Assembly (NCBI GenBank): GCA_964247055.1
Contig: OZ176053.1
Location: forward strand, 10,664,001 to 10,728,000
DNA from: Paragordius varius
Taxonomy: Eukaryota; Animalia; Nematomorpha
Reading direction: 5' to 3'
Length of the DNA: 64,000 nt
Part shown: positions 49,931 through 63,390 of the stretch, one piece after another
How positions within the stretch are numbered: the stretch's first letter is position 1
How the letters are laid out: each line of letters begins with the position of its first letter
Position numbers and translations under genes: made by a program
The notes under the pieces: model-generated
Told to the model about the DNA's origin: nothing
The model's input: the letters and a program-made list of their open reading frames with translations, nothing else
The model's database searches: none

Positions 49931-50444
49931 ATGAAAGGTATTAAAATAAATTTGATCCCTACTGAAAAATATTTTATTAATCGAAATCCCAGAAATCTTG
50001 AGCTTTTAAGACTCGAACCAAAACCAAAAGGATATGGATTAGAGGCTTTTACTACAGAATATTGGAACCGGTATTTTTAAATATATTTAAGAGTTTTATT
50101 TGAACAGACGCATAAACATACATCCGCATGGGTAGAACATTTTACGGGTAAAAGAATAATTTCAGCTTCAACAACAGAATGGGCAATTGCTAAACATCTC
50201 TATAGGTACTTTAACTTTAAATTAAGCTTCACTGATCTCTCGGCAACAGTTAATATTGCCCGTATTCTTGCTGATAGATGCCTAAAGGCTGGTATATTAT
50301 ATGTGGATACGAAAAATTTTAATACAAATGATCTTAAGTCAGAAAAAGTATTATTTAACTGATTAATAGATAAAATTATTTTGTCGAACGCTTGAGGAAA
50401 ACGGTGTCGCTTTAACCGAATTAACTGAAAAAAACGCAGAATAA
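49931..50444 (+). CDS. MRPL18: Mitochondrial ribosomal protein uL18m, 4 exons
   Basis: Exons 49931-50070, 50092-50205, 50227-50347 and 50370-50444 (introns of 21, 21 and 22 nt). Motifs NRNPRNLELL, ISASTTEWAIAKHLYS and LADRCLKAGI match MRPL18. Confidence 0.92.
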
Positions 50445-50759
50445 ATGTTTATATATTTATTGCCCGAATTTTTGTATTTGATTATTCAGAAATCAACTTG
50501 TTGCCGGAAATGCTTTTGATTATTAGTCTGCATTCCGATGCATAGGCTTAATTTGTTGAATTTGTGTATTGGTAGCAGGAAATTTTGTTTGTCCCGTTTC
50601 ATCGTTCGCCCTAATTTTATAAATAATCGATTAGATTATTGGTTAATTAATAAAAATATTTTTAGTTAAAAGTGATCACTGTATAATACCGACAATTAAT
50701 GGATAGTTGTACGTATATATATACTATTTAACGTGTAAAGAACGCCTAGATTTTTTGTG

Positions 50760-53310
50760 GGTATGAATTGCAGCAAAAAGCTTCTTGTGCCATTTAGTGG
50801 AAAAAAATATATTTTTATATAACATTTATTGCTATTTCATTAATTCGCATATTTTTGTAGATCATATAATTTTGGAAGAGTTTGCTACCTTAATGTTTTG
50901 GATATAATCAAACCCTGTTTTCAAGCATTATATAAAGCTCAGATTTTTAACTTTTAAAGGGGCAAATTCGGGTAGCTACTAAATACAATTGAGTAATTTC
51001 TGGTAAAATGAATTTTAAAGATCAAGGTTAATTATTTACAATTAGGCATTTATTTGCTTGTTGTAACTATTTAAAAAAATCCAAAAAATTAAAATAAGGA
51101 TTTTTCAAATTTGGGTTTTTCGCATAAAATCTAAATAAAGCATATTTTAAAATTAGGCCCAATACTTTTTAATTTAAATTTTCAATGGTGGGCTATAAAA
51201 TTATTCCAAAAGAAAATAATGTGTTTTAACAATCACATAAGTAAACATGTTTTGATATGACAAACAAATTTTAATCTGGTTCATGAGGTGCCAATCTTAA
51301 TACATTTATAGAGGCATGTCTCAAACAATTTCTCCATGAGCTTTTCAACATTTTCAGTTTTGATATATGCCGCCTAGCATATGTTAGTTGGGAAAAAACA
51401 CTAATATATCAAGCACATTCTTTTTTTCATATTTATTTGACACATCTTGCCAAAACTAATTATATTTCTTTGCGATTTCGTTTAAATATAGTTAATCTAT
51501 ATATTCTTCAACAGAATGCGTATGATAAAAACCGCATTGCATTTGTTTTAATATTGGTATCTCTCTGTACGAATGGTTGTATATTCATGATTAGAATAAA
51601 TAAAGGACTTTTTTTTCTTATATTTTATCTTTCCGTTGTTTTATCATCAGCTAACTTTTTGGCGATTATAAGACCAGGAACTCATTCTAATAAATAATTG
51701 TCATATTAATCACCTGTGTGATAGATTGTTTAACCGTCGTAAATTCAAAAACCTTATAATTATCCACAACGAATTTTGAAGATATAGTTTTATACTTTGC
51801 AATAAGTTGATAAGTCTGAGTGAGTCGCGTAACAAGTAATTGTTTTGCCTTTAGACATGTGAGAAAGAAATAACAACGTGGGTTTAATGCCTTACATTTG
51901 CAACATTACTAATAAGCTAAATGTTTTTAATATACCATTTACACTTCAAGAGTGTCCTTAAACACTTTAAGTTAGTCCTTGAACACTAAAAGTTGGTCCT
52001 TATTTAAATTTGGATTTAACCATAATTTTTTCATATATTTTATTTTTAACAACTTAATTTTATTTATTATATTTATTTAACTAAAAATAAATTTTTTTTA
52101 TTTAAAAACCACTTTTTTGTTTCAAACTAATTTTTTCCAATTCAATAAAATTACTTATTGTTTTAAATAAAAAATTGTATTTAATAACTCAAAATATATA
52201 TATTTTTTAAATATGTGTTAAAATCTTATAAATATATTAAATAATATTAAGTAAATTAACAAAGATACGGTATCTGAATGATTAAAAGTTAATATAGATT
52301 AAAAATATGTGCTAAAAGAAAATAGGTTAAATATAATAAAATCGAAAAATGATATACGATTTGATTGATAAAAGTATAAAGAAAAAAAGTCAAAGGACCA
52401 ACTTGAAGTGCAAATGGTATTTAAGTATAAGGAAACAAAATAATAACTTAATTCCCAAATCAAAAATAATTAATGTTATATATAAAATATTTTTTTCTAT
52501 CACTGACTCAAGAACACAATATGGAAATTATGATATACTCAATGTAATAATTAAATATATGTGAAAGTTTCCAGAAAGTATTTATTAAAATTTTCCAGAA
52601 ACTCGTTGAAAATCCATGGCGTATGGATATACTAAATATTATTGTGTGAAACGGTTAAAATCATGTGCTACTTGTTGAGGAGTTCATTATAATTGCAAAT
52701 TTAGAAGTTATATTTCAAGATAATCGAAAAGAAGAAGGGCATAAGGAGTTTTAGCAAAATAATTTAAAATATGTGCCCACATTATTATTGTTCTCCCCTC
52801 TATCGAGATATTTTGCGTATAAACTGCATATCTGTCAAATAACTGCAATATTTGTCGGTATTATATGGTGCACGGCCCTTGAGACAAAAAATATTTATTC
52901 GGCTCGTCAAAAATTTTTATAAATATGATATAATAAATATACATACATTTTATGAAAATTTAGCTAAATACTTTCAACTCTATATATTTTTTTTAAAAAA
53001 AGGGCTACTTTTGGTAAAAAATACTATGGATTAACAAATTTAATATAATTCATAAATATGCCTAATGCCTTTTCGCACTTCCACGAAACGATTCAAAATT
53101 ATTCTTCATATGTTACAATTAGGTAGTCAATACATAACGCATTATTGGTATAAAAATACGAATTTAACAACAGTAAAAACATTACCATATTTTTTAAGTA
53201 AAACAAAGGATGCAAGTTGGTTTGAAATATTTTATTATCGAATATATATAATTTTATTTTTAGAGTCCAATCCTCTATATTTTGCTATACACTATCTCAA
53301 TACCGCTTAA
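50760..53310 (+). CDS. Probable unresolved multi-exon hypothetical gene
   Basis: A stop-free stretch of about 137 codons (about 51286-51697) and further open, GC-enriched segments at 50860-50950, 52790-52920 and 53200-53310. Strand and structure are uncertain. Confidence 0.25.
51931..52420. mobile_element. TATACCATTT-terminal element (family B)
   Basis: TATACCATTTACACTTCAAG...CTTGAAGTGCAAATGGTAT. Subterminal TTGGTCCTT pairs with AAGGACCAA. Confidence 0.7.
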
Positions 53311-53421
53311 CATCGGAGGAAACCCTGATCCGCATAAAAAATAATCTTTTTGCAAAAAACTAGACAGTTTACAAAAAACCAGCTTATTAATTATCTTTAG
53401 TTATTTATATTCTCAAAAGTT

Positions 53422-54654
53422 CTACAAAAAATAATAACTTGATAATCCTTTTTGATGCTGCAACATATGATTTAAGTGATGTGAAGCATAAAGTTTCTTG
53501 GTCTTTACAGCAATTTTATTATTTGTGTTTGAACCGTTACTTATATTTGTGATTGCAGGATAATGGATACGTTTTTGTAAGTGATGCATATTTTGTTTGT
53601 AATAAAGTTTGAGAGATCGATGGCCCAACACCGTTCCTAATAATTATAAATAAAAAATGATACATTAAAAATGGTGATATACTGAATTTATAAATATATA
53701 AAAATATTAAGGAGCCTTTTTACAAATAATAATAGTATTGATATTTTAATGGTCTCAACAAAAAATATGGATAGTAAAATGTGTGTTTATCGCTATTAGA
53801 TATATCGGAAATTATAAATTAATTGGAAAATAGTTATTATAAGTATTTAAGATGTTGTAAAGTGATAATAGATAATTATATAACAAAATATATTGTAAAC
53901 GATAGTTTAATTATATATGATATACTAATGCGAAGTCTTTGAATGACAAGCTTTTAAATTATATAATGATACAATAAAAATAAATTCGCACAAATTTTTT
54001 TAATAAATAAATAGTTTTAAATAATTTAAACGTGCTATATCACATTATTTACAATTCAATTTCACCATTGAACAATTCAAATTCACCCTAAAAATAAATT
54101 ATGTGTTTTCGAACTAATATAACTCATTATTTTTATAAAAATATATCTTTATGACATAGTTTATTATTTTTTCAGTATTGTTTCAATTTAAATAAAAATT
54201 TATTTGTTAAAAATATATAAAAATGTTGGTAATTTTAATCTTAAAAATCTTATATTTTATTTGAGGGTGAATTTGAATTGTTTAAGGGTGAATTTAAATT
54301 GTAAATGGTTTAATAAAAAAGGTTTACTTTTTTACGGAAAGAGATATTGGACATATGTATTTTAGTTGATATTAAATAAGTAAAATTTTAATAACTAATT
54401 AAGAATTTTGTTTTTTATATTGTCATTTAAAGGCTGCTCAAATTATTACTATTTAGTCTGGGTGACATTTTTAAAAGCAAACATGAATTATTAGTAATTC
54501 AATCAAACCCTTTTGTAAAATACGCGACCCGAAATTGAAAAATATATTTATTTAAAATTATTATCATTGACCGAACATGCAAAAAAATAAAAATGACAAA
54601 TTATAAAAGCGTTTTAACTGGATAGGTTTTGGCGTAAAAATATTTATTTTTTTG

Positions 54655-54686
<32 letters not shown>

Positions 54687-56648
54687 AATTTAGGCGATAC
54701 ATTTTTTATAATGGCCGCTTTTAACTAAATTTGCATAAAAGGAAAAAGAGGTTAATAGTGCGCATTAGAAAGCAGTTTAATTCTAAAAAAAAATTAAATA
54801 CATACCATTAGGTAACCGCAATTCAAACATTTCTTCCCCATACGATGTTTTAATGTCATTGAAATCGTTGTTTTCAGATGGTATGGAACATATGGTTCCA
54901 AAAAAAGTATTGAGGTATTCGGTCAATTTGTCTTGATTTTCCAATAATTTCTTATATAATCTATGTTAGACATATATATAAATAAAAAAATTGCATTAAT
55001 CTAGAGAAGCCTAAGGTATCACAATTTATTTTGGGTAATGTAATATTTTTGAACAATATTGTATGGGCATGAATACAAAGTTATTTTTAAATCATTGTCG
55101 ATAAAATTTCGAATATATTAGAATAAAATTGGTCTTAATTAGATAACCTAGGTTTGACATAAAAGCTTAAAAGTGTGACATCCACGTATTCTGAATCAAA
55201 TCGTAGCTTGCAATGTCCTTTGTCCAACATATGTTTTTTGGTCGAATCAAGCGAAGAAAATTGTTTTCGACACCAAATACAAATATGTTCCACATTAATT
55301 AAATAACCTAAAAATAGTAAGGATTAAATTCAAAGATAAAGCGTCTAAATGTGAATATACTACTTATAATTAACTAAATGTATGGAACCAGATTCGTTTG
55401 TTTTGGGTTTCGGCTCCACATATTTTTAAAAAGGGGTCGGACTTACCTTTTCGGTTTTAATCAGCTAGAATTTCGAGAAATTCCACTTTATTTTTTTGGT
55501 AAAACGGTTTTAATATCGGTCGTGTTTTATAAATTTTCAGTTATTCTAATTTTTTATTAGGGTATAATAGACATAAAAAAAACATATGAGTCACAAATTT
55601 ATTGTATGCTAGTTTTTGGCCTAAAAAATAAAACACTCTATTGTGTTAAAAATTTAATATTTATATATATATATATATATATATACATTTAACCGTTTGT
55701 AACTGTCCGGTTTTAAATTTTTTGGTGATTCAAAACGGTTTTTGGAAAAAATTATAGTTTGGGCTAGAATATAGCGACGATAATTAATGATTAAATACTT
55801 TTTCAAAGTTGAGAAGTATTTCTGTTAATAACTAAATTCAGTTTATAAATCAGGCGTGTGTGGTTTTGATTCGGTCGGATTTCAGATTCTAAAAATGACA
55901 ATGTATTTTAAGAGGTGCAAGGTGTATTTAATACATCGTCTATATATTTAGGTTGGGCGATGATTATATTTAATAATTGAATTTACAGCATTATTAAATT
56001 ATATAAAGGGATGGCGGTTATATGGATTATTATTAGTGTCGAATTAAAAATGTAATAATAAAATACCTAGATATTTTAATAATCCATCAATGTTTATGAC
56101 CAATTCACTATAAGGAATGAAAAATGAGTGAGAATTATATAGATGGTTTATAAGCATGTAGATAGTTTTGTATTTCAAAGATTTTGCACAAAAGAAGCAA
56201 TAATTTTCGAGTTTATATACATTTATATTATTATTTGAATCATCTGACATAGTTTCCCAAGATTTCGTTTCATCATAATTACTCAATTCTTGAAGCTTCT
56301 CGTTTTTATGTTGATGTGGTTCCAGAGAATTGAAATGCTTTAAATTTTCAACATGTTTTTTGGAATATGTATGTTGTAAAAATGTTTTCTCCGAACTAAA
56401 TTGCTTGCAACAAGTAGAACAATATTTGTCAGCATCATCTACCTGATTGACCTAAAATTTGTTTATAATAAGCATACCTGAGATTCGGCCTGCTTGATTT
56501 TAAATTTATCACAAGAAATAGGTGGTAAACTTATAAGTCTTCTTTTTAAATTGTATCGATGCCATTCATCTTTATAATGTAAGCACTGCTCTTCCCTTGA
56601 CACAAATTGAGCCTCACAGCTCCTACAATTATATAAAGATCGGATCAT
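53422..56648 (-). CDS. ZNF622: ZNF622/REI1 cytoplasmic pre-60S maturation factor, 5 exons, 361 aa
   Basis: Exons 56648-56478, 56451-56067, 55307-55148, 54960-54806 and 53636-53422 total 1086 nt in frame. Motifs CRSC...HYKDEWHRYNLKRR, HSFFIP...GLLKYLG, CIWC.KQFSSLDSTKKHMLDKGHCK and ELRLPNGTVLGHRSLKLYYKQ. Confidence 0.92.
54043..54311. mobile_element. Family B MITE in a ZNF622 intron
   Basis: Collinear with 41544-41856 (AATTCACCC.. repeats, AAATAAATTATGTGTTTTCG core, GTAAATGGT end). Confidence 0.75.
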
Positions 56649-57159
56649 TTAAAACCGATTACTAATTTGTTTCTAAGGATGATAAATAAATATAAAAAAG
56701 TATTAAACACAAATTATATGAAAAATAAAGCATGAAGTGATTCTGAATACATTATATTAATTTTATCAATTTGTATTAGATTATATAATAATATGATTTA
56801 AATTTCAGTAATCTTTTTTGGAAACTGCTAGGTTAACTTTGAATAGATATTTGAAGGAAAATAATCATATTTAAAAAGTGTTTTTATTGTTTTGTAGACG
56901 ATAACATTTTGTAACTTTTTGTTATAAATAGTAATTAAGCTTTCATCATTGTTGTCTTCCATTGAATAAATCTTATATTTTAGGTTTTCTTTTAGAATCC
57001 AAGATGGCGAAGCTGCAGAACTCTATGCAAATTTGGGTAGTTGGATACCAAAGGCTTGTTTAAAATTAAATATTAAAAAAATATGGAAAGTGAAAGTATA
57101 ACAAAAGTTTGGACTTATGTAACATTAAACCGAAATAAAAAAATTAATAATAATTGGGC

Positions 57160-58230
57160 TGTGATAAAATAATCTTTTTGACTTATTGCAAGTTTTTTGT
57201 GGCTTTCTTTCATGTGAGAACAAATTTAATATTAGACGACTTAAATATTTAGAAAAACTCTTCTAATATTTAAATTTGCGATAATTATCAATTCCGTGAA
57301 CCATCAAAAAATTGATTGCGAAATATTATTAATAATTAAATATTAATCTTGTGTAAAATTTTTAAATCTTCGTGTAGCATAAAAGGTTACTTCACCGTTA
57401 AAGCATGTAAAAAAATTATTTAATCATAAATTTATTTCAAATGCAATGTTGATAACAATAAAATAAAAATAAATATGTTATATTGTCTAAACAACCTCCC
57501 ATTACATTTGTAAATGGACTCCTAACAAAATGAGTAGGGAGTAAAACTATAGAGAGTGTTTTAAGGGCAAATGATTTCATCGTCTTAAAAACTATAGGTA
57601 CCGGGTAATATTTATAATTTTAACATATTGACTCTGAGTTTCACTTCAATAAATGCATATTGTATTGGATGTGTAGTGTTTTGTTGCCTTAATCAATATG
57701 TTTTCTTTTAAAAATCAAAATAGTCCCGGCATAATTTGAATTGTATCTTATAAAAATGTTACATTTATAAGCAAATGACTTGACTTATTTTTCACACCGA
57801 TCTTCAAGTTTACACCTGCTGGCTTAAGTAAACTTGCCCAACTTGCCATGCTTGACTTACAAATCAAGAGCAATTTTTTTTCACCACCCTTAATTATAAA
57901 TTTTGAGATATTTTCGAGAATCAAATTTTTTTGCGGGTTCACGGAATTGATATAGCAGAGTTTTTTAAAAAAAATATATCCTCCTTTCCCTCCACACAAT
58001 TTGAATAGGTTAATTGCTAAAAATTATCTTCACAGCTTATAGCTATCATTGACAAAGGTTTTAATAACATATAAATGTAATATCGTTAAGTTTTAATTGA
58101 TCATGTGATTGTTTATCACCTCCGAATCAGGTTTTCTTGCTTGACTTAAGTCGTCTAATGTTATTTTTTTATCACATGAACATGACTTGAAATATTTGCA
58201 AGTCAAGTAAAAATAATTTTATTACCCCAC
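57160..58230. mobile_element. About 1.07-kb element with degenerate 90-bp inverted ends
   Basis: TTAGACGACTTAA (about 57232) pairs with TTAAGTCGTCTAA (about 58145). TTGACTTATTGCAA pairs with TTGCAAGTCAA. Confidence 0.45.
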
Positions 58231-58239
58231 CCGATATTT

Positions 58240-58430
58240 TTCAAAAATATTGTATAAAACTGGCGTAGAAGTAATTTGATGCAAAACTTTTTTCCAATAA
58301 TTTTATTTAAATAATTTTTTATTAGGAGCATAAATTTTATTGGATCCAATTCTTTCAGTATTTTTTTTAAAAAATATAAACATAAATATTGTTTGATAAT
58401 TCTAGATATCCCAATTCGAATCGAAGTGAG
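58240..58430 (-). mobile_element. Partial family A MITE (further fragments at about 57015-57140 and 59085-59435)
   Basis: GGCGTAGAAGTAATTTG...CCCAATTCGAATCGAAGTG matches the family A end. Confidence 0.6.
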
Positions 58431-60649
58431 AACACTTCATTACCTTTTTATTTTTTTGTCTTCCTTTACATTGGGTAGTTTTCTATCACAGAGCTCAGTT
58501 TCGCAAATAAACTATAGTTATGAAAGTTATTTTAGCTAATATTTTATTATATGACATGGTTCTCATAATTATTACATAAAAAAGCTTATGTTTTCAAGTA
58601 TGTAACTTCTAGAGTTTTGGGGCAGCTCAAAAACATGAAATGAACAGCTGATAAAATCAACTATCAAGTTTTCGAGAGTAAAATGTAGCCTGAAAGCTTT
58701 TAGTTTTACATTTTCTTACCATAATATACATTTATTTGCCTGTTGAATTAACGATTTAAATAATTGAAAAAAATAGCAGTAAAAATTTTGATATGGGGAA
58801 TTTTTAACAATTTTACATATTATTTAGAAAATTTATATAATGCGCCTTAAAGTCTAAAGAAAATATATTAATAAATTCAAATGAATAGCCTAAATACTTT
58901 TTAACATATGCAAATTTCAAATCGCTCTGGGAGATAAACACCAAAAGTAATGGTGTGTGTTAAATCATTTATTCAAAGGTATCTATTGACCTCAGACTAT
59001 AGTTAAGTTTATTAATGAAAAGAATTGTTTCATTCATATTTTGGCTCCTATCCCAAGAATAATCATATAAATAAGCCAAAATATTATACAAACTACTTCG
59101 ACGCCATTTTAGAACATTTTTGCAAATTATTGTGTTTATTTTATTCTAACGCTAAAATTACAAGAATTTTTTATTTGAATCACCACTAACATTGATATAA
59201 ACAGAAAAAGTGGTTTTTTGCATTATTTTTATATTTATGCACACATGTCATGGTGATTAAATTTTTCTTTTGATGTTTTTTCATGAAAAAATATTATCAG
59301 GTTTTTTTTATATTTCGGTGCATCCAATGTTATATAAATACAAACTTTTGCAATGGTTTCAATTTGCTCCATATTTTTAATAATATATTATTTTAAAGAG
59401 GCTTGTCCCCAAAGATCCTAATTTGAATCGGAGGGATTTTTACAGTTTTTAACTCCTAAAGTCCCAAAAGATAGCCTCAAAACAAAATTGTTAGGAACAG
59501 CTTCCATTAAAATCGATAAATTTGAAGTTGATTGCGATTTGAAAACTTTTCAAAGTTAAATTTATTTTTCAGCCATAAATTTTTTTTTTACTTACTAAAT
59601 AAAAATATTTTTATAAAAAAGTGATGTGAAAGGTTTGAGATTCTGATTTTTTACAATATTACATTTTTTTAAATTTTTTTTACATGTGCCTAAAAGGGAA
59701 AAAAGGCATATTATTCCATTACCATAAATATTTATAGAGATAATACAACTTTCAATGGCCTTGGGGTATGAATCTAGCCCAAAAAGTCATAAACTGTTAA
59801 AATCAGCAAATTTTAAATCACTGAACATAAAAATTTACTGCGTTATGAAACTTTCAAATTATTACATTTTTTACGTTAAACTAGCAAAATAAAAATTAAA
59901 AAAACAACAAAAAAGTTTCAAATTTTTTATATTTCTTTATAAATCATACGCCAAAAAGGATAAACAATTTATTTTTTAAATTTAGCCCAATATTTATTTT
60001 AATATATTCGAATGCCTATGATACAAAACTACCCTTAAAAATCTCTAAGTGTAAGACAGTTTTTATAAATTTAGCTCAAAAATTCCGAGATAACATCTTT
60101 ATATTGCTAGATTATGACATAAAAATAAATTATTACTGAAAACTGCATATTTTGCTTGGATATTAAAATTTCGAAGCCAATATTTTGAAGCTTACGCAGT
60201 GTAGCTTTATAATATATAAAAGCCAATATAATTCAATGATGCCGAATATTCATATAATCGCTTTTTGTTTAAAAGTTTCGTTGGTTATGTAATTTAAGTC
60301 GAACACAAATTGTGTTTTTCTCCAAATTTACATAAATTTTAAGTCAAACAAATTTTTTATTAAAATATTAGGGTGATATAATAGCCTAAATCAAAATATA
60401 TGCGATAAGCGTTTTATAATGTCTTAAACATTTACTATTACCAAATACCATAAAATACGGCGCAGTAACTTTTGCAAAATGGTCAAAATTTAAATTAAAT
60501 ATGCTTTTTTGATATTAAAATCTGGAATACATTAAAAAGGATTATCGTGCAATATCGGCTCTTTGTGCATATTTTAAGGAATTTTGTTTTCATTTAATTG
60601 TAACAAATTATATGATTTATTATAACATTGTTTTGTGCACTATGTATAC

Positions 60650-62422
60650 AAGGGGTGGGCAAACGGTAGACCGCGGTCAACTTCGTGTCGAGATTTCAAA
60701 ACGTGACCGCTTTAATTTTTTTAAAAAAATGTAAAAAATATTTTTGCATAGAATTTTTTTTTCACAAAATTATAATTTTTTATTTTTTGTTTGAAAAATT
60801 TACTAGTTAACAAAAATTTATATTTAACTAAGTCAAATTTCTAATTCTAATATATTTATATAATTCTATGTATAATCGAATATCATTTATGATTCCTCAG
60901 ACGGATATAACATTCATTTCAGTCCTTCGCTTAAAATTGGGGTAAGTAGATACTCCAGGCTTGTTTAAAATAAAATATTGAAAAATATGAAATAAATTAG
61001 AACCATGGCAAAAGTTTCCACTTATATAACATTAATGAACCAAAATATAATAAAAAATTTATTCAAAATTCATAGGCTTAGAATCGAATAAACACGGTAT
61101 TTTGCAAAAATGCTGGAAAATAATGGCGTCCAAGTAGTTTGATAAGGATCTTTTTTCCAAAACTAAATTATTTTGGCTTATTTATATTTAGCATAGAAGC
61201 ATAAATTTTAATTGGAACCGTTTCCTTCAGCAAATTTTTTAAAATATCAACTTAAATATTGTCTGGGGTATTTAGATACACCTTTTTGAAACGAAGTGTT
61301 AATTTCGCAAAAAACAGAAGCAGGTATCGTTAAAATTTATATTATAGTATTTTTTAAATTAAAGTCAGAAAAATTCTAAAATATATTATTATAGAAATAA
61401 ATGAGAAGATTAATTTTTAATAATGCATAATGATAAATTTATTTGATTAATATGCAACTCCACCGTGGCTTTGCCCGAAAGCAAATGTTCTAGGATATTT
61501 TAATACGCTTCAGATGAAATATCAAAAATACAATTTAAATTAAAAGTCAGGCTATTGAAATAACAACTAAATCAGAAACACTGCATTGTGAAAAACAGCA
61601 AAAATCAAAAAATTTCCATTGCAACCGAATATCAGAAATCCTATTAAATAAACAACAAATCTTTTAAGGGAAATTCGGAAAGACGCTTTTAATCTGAAGT
61701 ATTGTTTAATTATGAAGACAAAAACAGTTTTATGGAATCAATAAAAAGCGTATCCCTATCTAAAAGCACAATTATGCGGAGAGGTGATGATCTTAATCAA
61801 AATCTCACCGAAATTTAACATGAAAATATTAAAGCTTGTACATTTTTTTGGCTTCAAATTGAGGATTACACCGATTACATTGGAATTGCCCGATTTTGGG
61901 TTTTTTCTTGGCATGATCTTCCATGCTTTTAACTAAATTCAAAACTGCGGCTCGACACTCTTTTTGATTTAATGAAATTTGCTATGTTGAAGCATATGTC
62001 CATTTAAAACCTGGTATGTAGTAATACATAAAATCTGGTAAATGGTATTTGCCAAGAGCTACAAATTCATTTTTTACTTCAATCATTTAAATCCGCCTCA
62101 AGATGTACAAATTATCCTTTGTAAATATAAAAATTTATTAATGTAAGTTTTAGTATTTGTACTGATAGTGCAACCAGAAATCTTCTGAATCAACATTTTT
62201 TATGTATTTAAAATTATGATTTATAAAAAAAAGCTACCCTCAAATAATGTTTTTTTGAGTAATATTTAATGACTGTCCTACTCCAAACCGCAAACAGAGA
62301 TATAAATATTGGATGATTTGTGTCTGAAGTGAAAATGAATGTTTTAATAGTTAATATACGTGCCCGCATGAAATTTTCTCCCAAAAATGTAGCCCACGGG
62401 AAAAAAAGGTTGGCTACCCCTG
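60650..62422 (+). mobile_element. hAT (Buster/Charlie/SPIN-like) element with a transposase relic
   Basis: Perfect 8-bp TSD ATGTATAC at 60642-60649 and 62423-62430. TIRs (c)AGGGGTGGGCAAAC and GTTGGCTACCCCTG. Relic peptides SLSKSTIMRRGDDL, FFWLQIEDYTD and SICTDSA (about 61745-62180) match the hAT motifs LSxxTVxRRI, FSLQLDESTD and CTDGA. Confidence 0.88.
60900..61298 (-). mobile_element. Family A piggyBac-like MITE nested in the hAT element
   Basis: CATTCATTTCAGTCCTTCG...TTTTGAAACGAAGTG|TTAA. Confidence 0.8.
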
Positions 62423-62499
62423 ATGTATACATTGCAGTATCTTCTTTTGAATTAATTAATGCAAACTATCAAACATAAAATAAGTATGTCAGCCTCACG

Positions 62500-63390
62500 C
62501 AATATATAATTAAGTATTCTATTTCAATTGATTTAGTTGGAGTTGTATATTATTATTATCATTAATTTCAATCATCCAGAATAACGGTTTATCCTTTGTA
62601 GGTTCATTAAAAAAAATTCTGCGACTTATCAGAGGAAGATTAAGGTTTTGTCGGTCAGAATCGGAAACAAATTTTGGAGTGTAAGAATATTGACGTCTTA
62701 CGTTTATATAGTGGAATGGTTATCTAATAATACAACCACTTTTTTTGATAACAAAATGGAATGAACAATTTAGCCCAATATTTTTATTCGCGATTCAACA
62801 TGATATATAATATTTTTTCAGCATTCAAAAATGTACCATTAGCTTCTTTTGAAGCCTTTTCCGGAACCGAGCAAACAGTTCCCAAAAATATATTTTTTAA
62901 ATTATTTTTTTATATTTTTTTAAACACAAAATTATATCTTAGAATTTTTAAAGGAAAGAAAAAATAAAATTTTATAAGCCTTCGATTTTTGGCTGTTAAT
63001 ATTACAATTAGCCTATCAAATTTATAAAAATGATACCATAGTCAGAACTATTTGACAACTTACCAATGCAGACCAATTTTTTTCGAGACAAAATATTGAC
63101 TTCAAACCGGTACCTCTTATTGAACAGATTTTGCGCATATAAGGTATTAACTGCATCTGCGGGATATAACCCACCATAGGTATATTGAAAAGAAAATTTA
63201 AACGAGGCACATTGGCTTATATATTTCTATCGAATTTCGGATGTGTTTTATAATAATACAAACAATATTTAAAGAGTAATATCTTGCTATACTGACTTTT
63301 ATTTCCCGATGGAATATCGATAAAAAATGTCTTATTAGTGGCATTAGCCTTAATAACATCATTGGTAGTGTTGTAAAAAATTTACAGCTA
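62500..63390 (-). CDS. Probable multi-exon hypothetical gene (possibly an extracellular glycoprotein), partial
   Basis: Open segments rich in N-x-S/T (YNTTNDVIKANATNKTFF...), an exon KYISQCASFKF...KLVCIG ending at GTAAGT (about 63047), and a further open segment of about 60 codons near 62520-62690. Confidence 0.3.

Noticed and set aside
51290-51375. Minus-strand CLYKC as a small Tim (twin CX3C) protein
   Set aside because: A stop follows shortly and no second CX3C motif can be spliced in.
53430-53560. Plus-strand peptide FYYLCLNRYLYL resembling a GPCR TM3
   Set aside because: It is the antisense of the last ZNF622 exon (GHRSLKLYYKQ).
57748-57999. 83-aa ORF with MASWASLLKP
   Set aside because: There is no recognisable family, and it lies inside a degenerate inverted-repeat element. 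It is not supportable as a gene.
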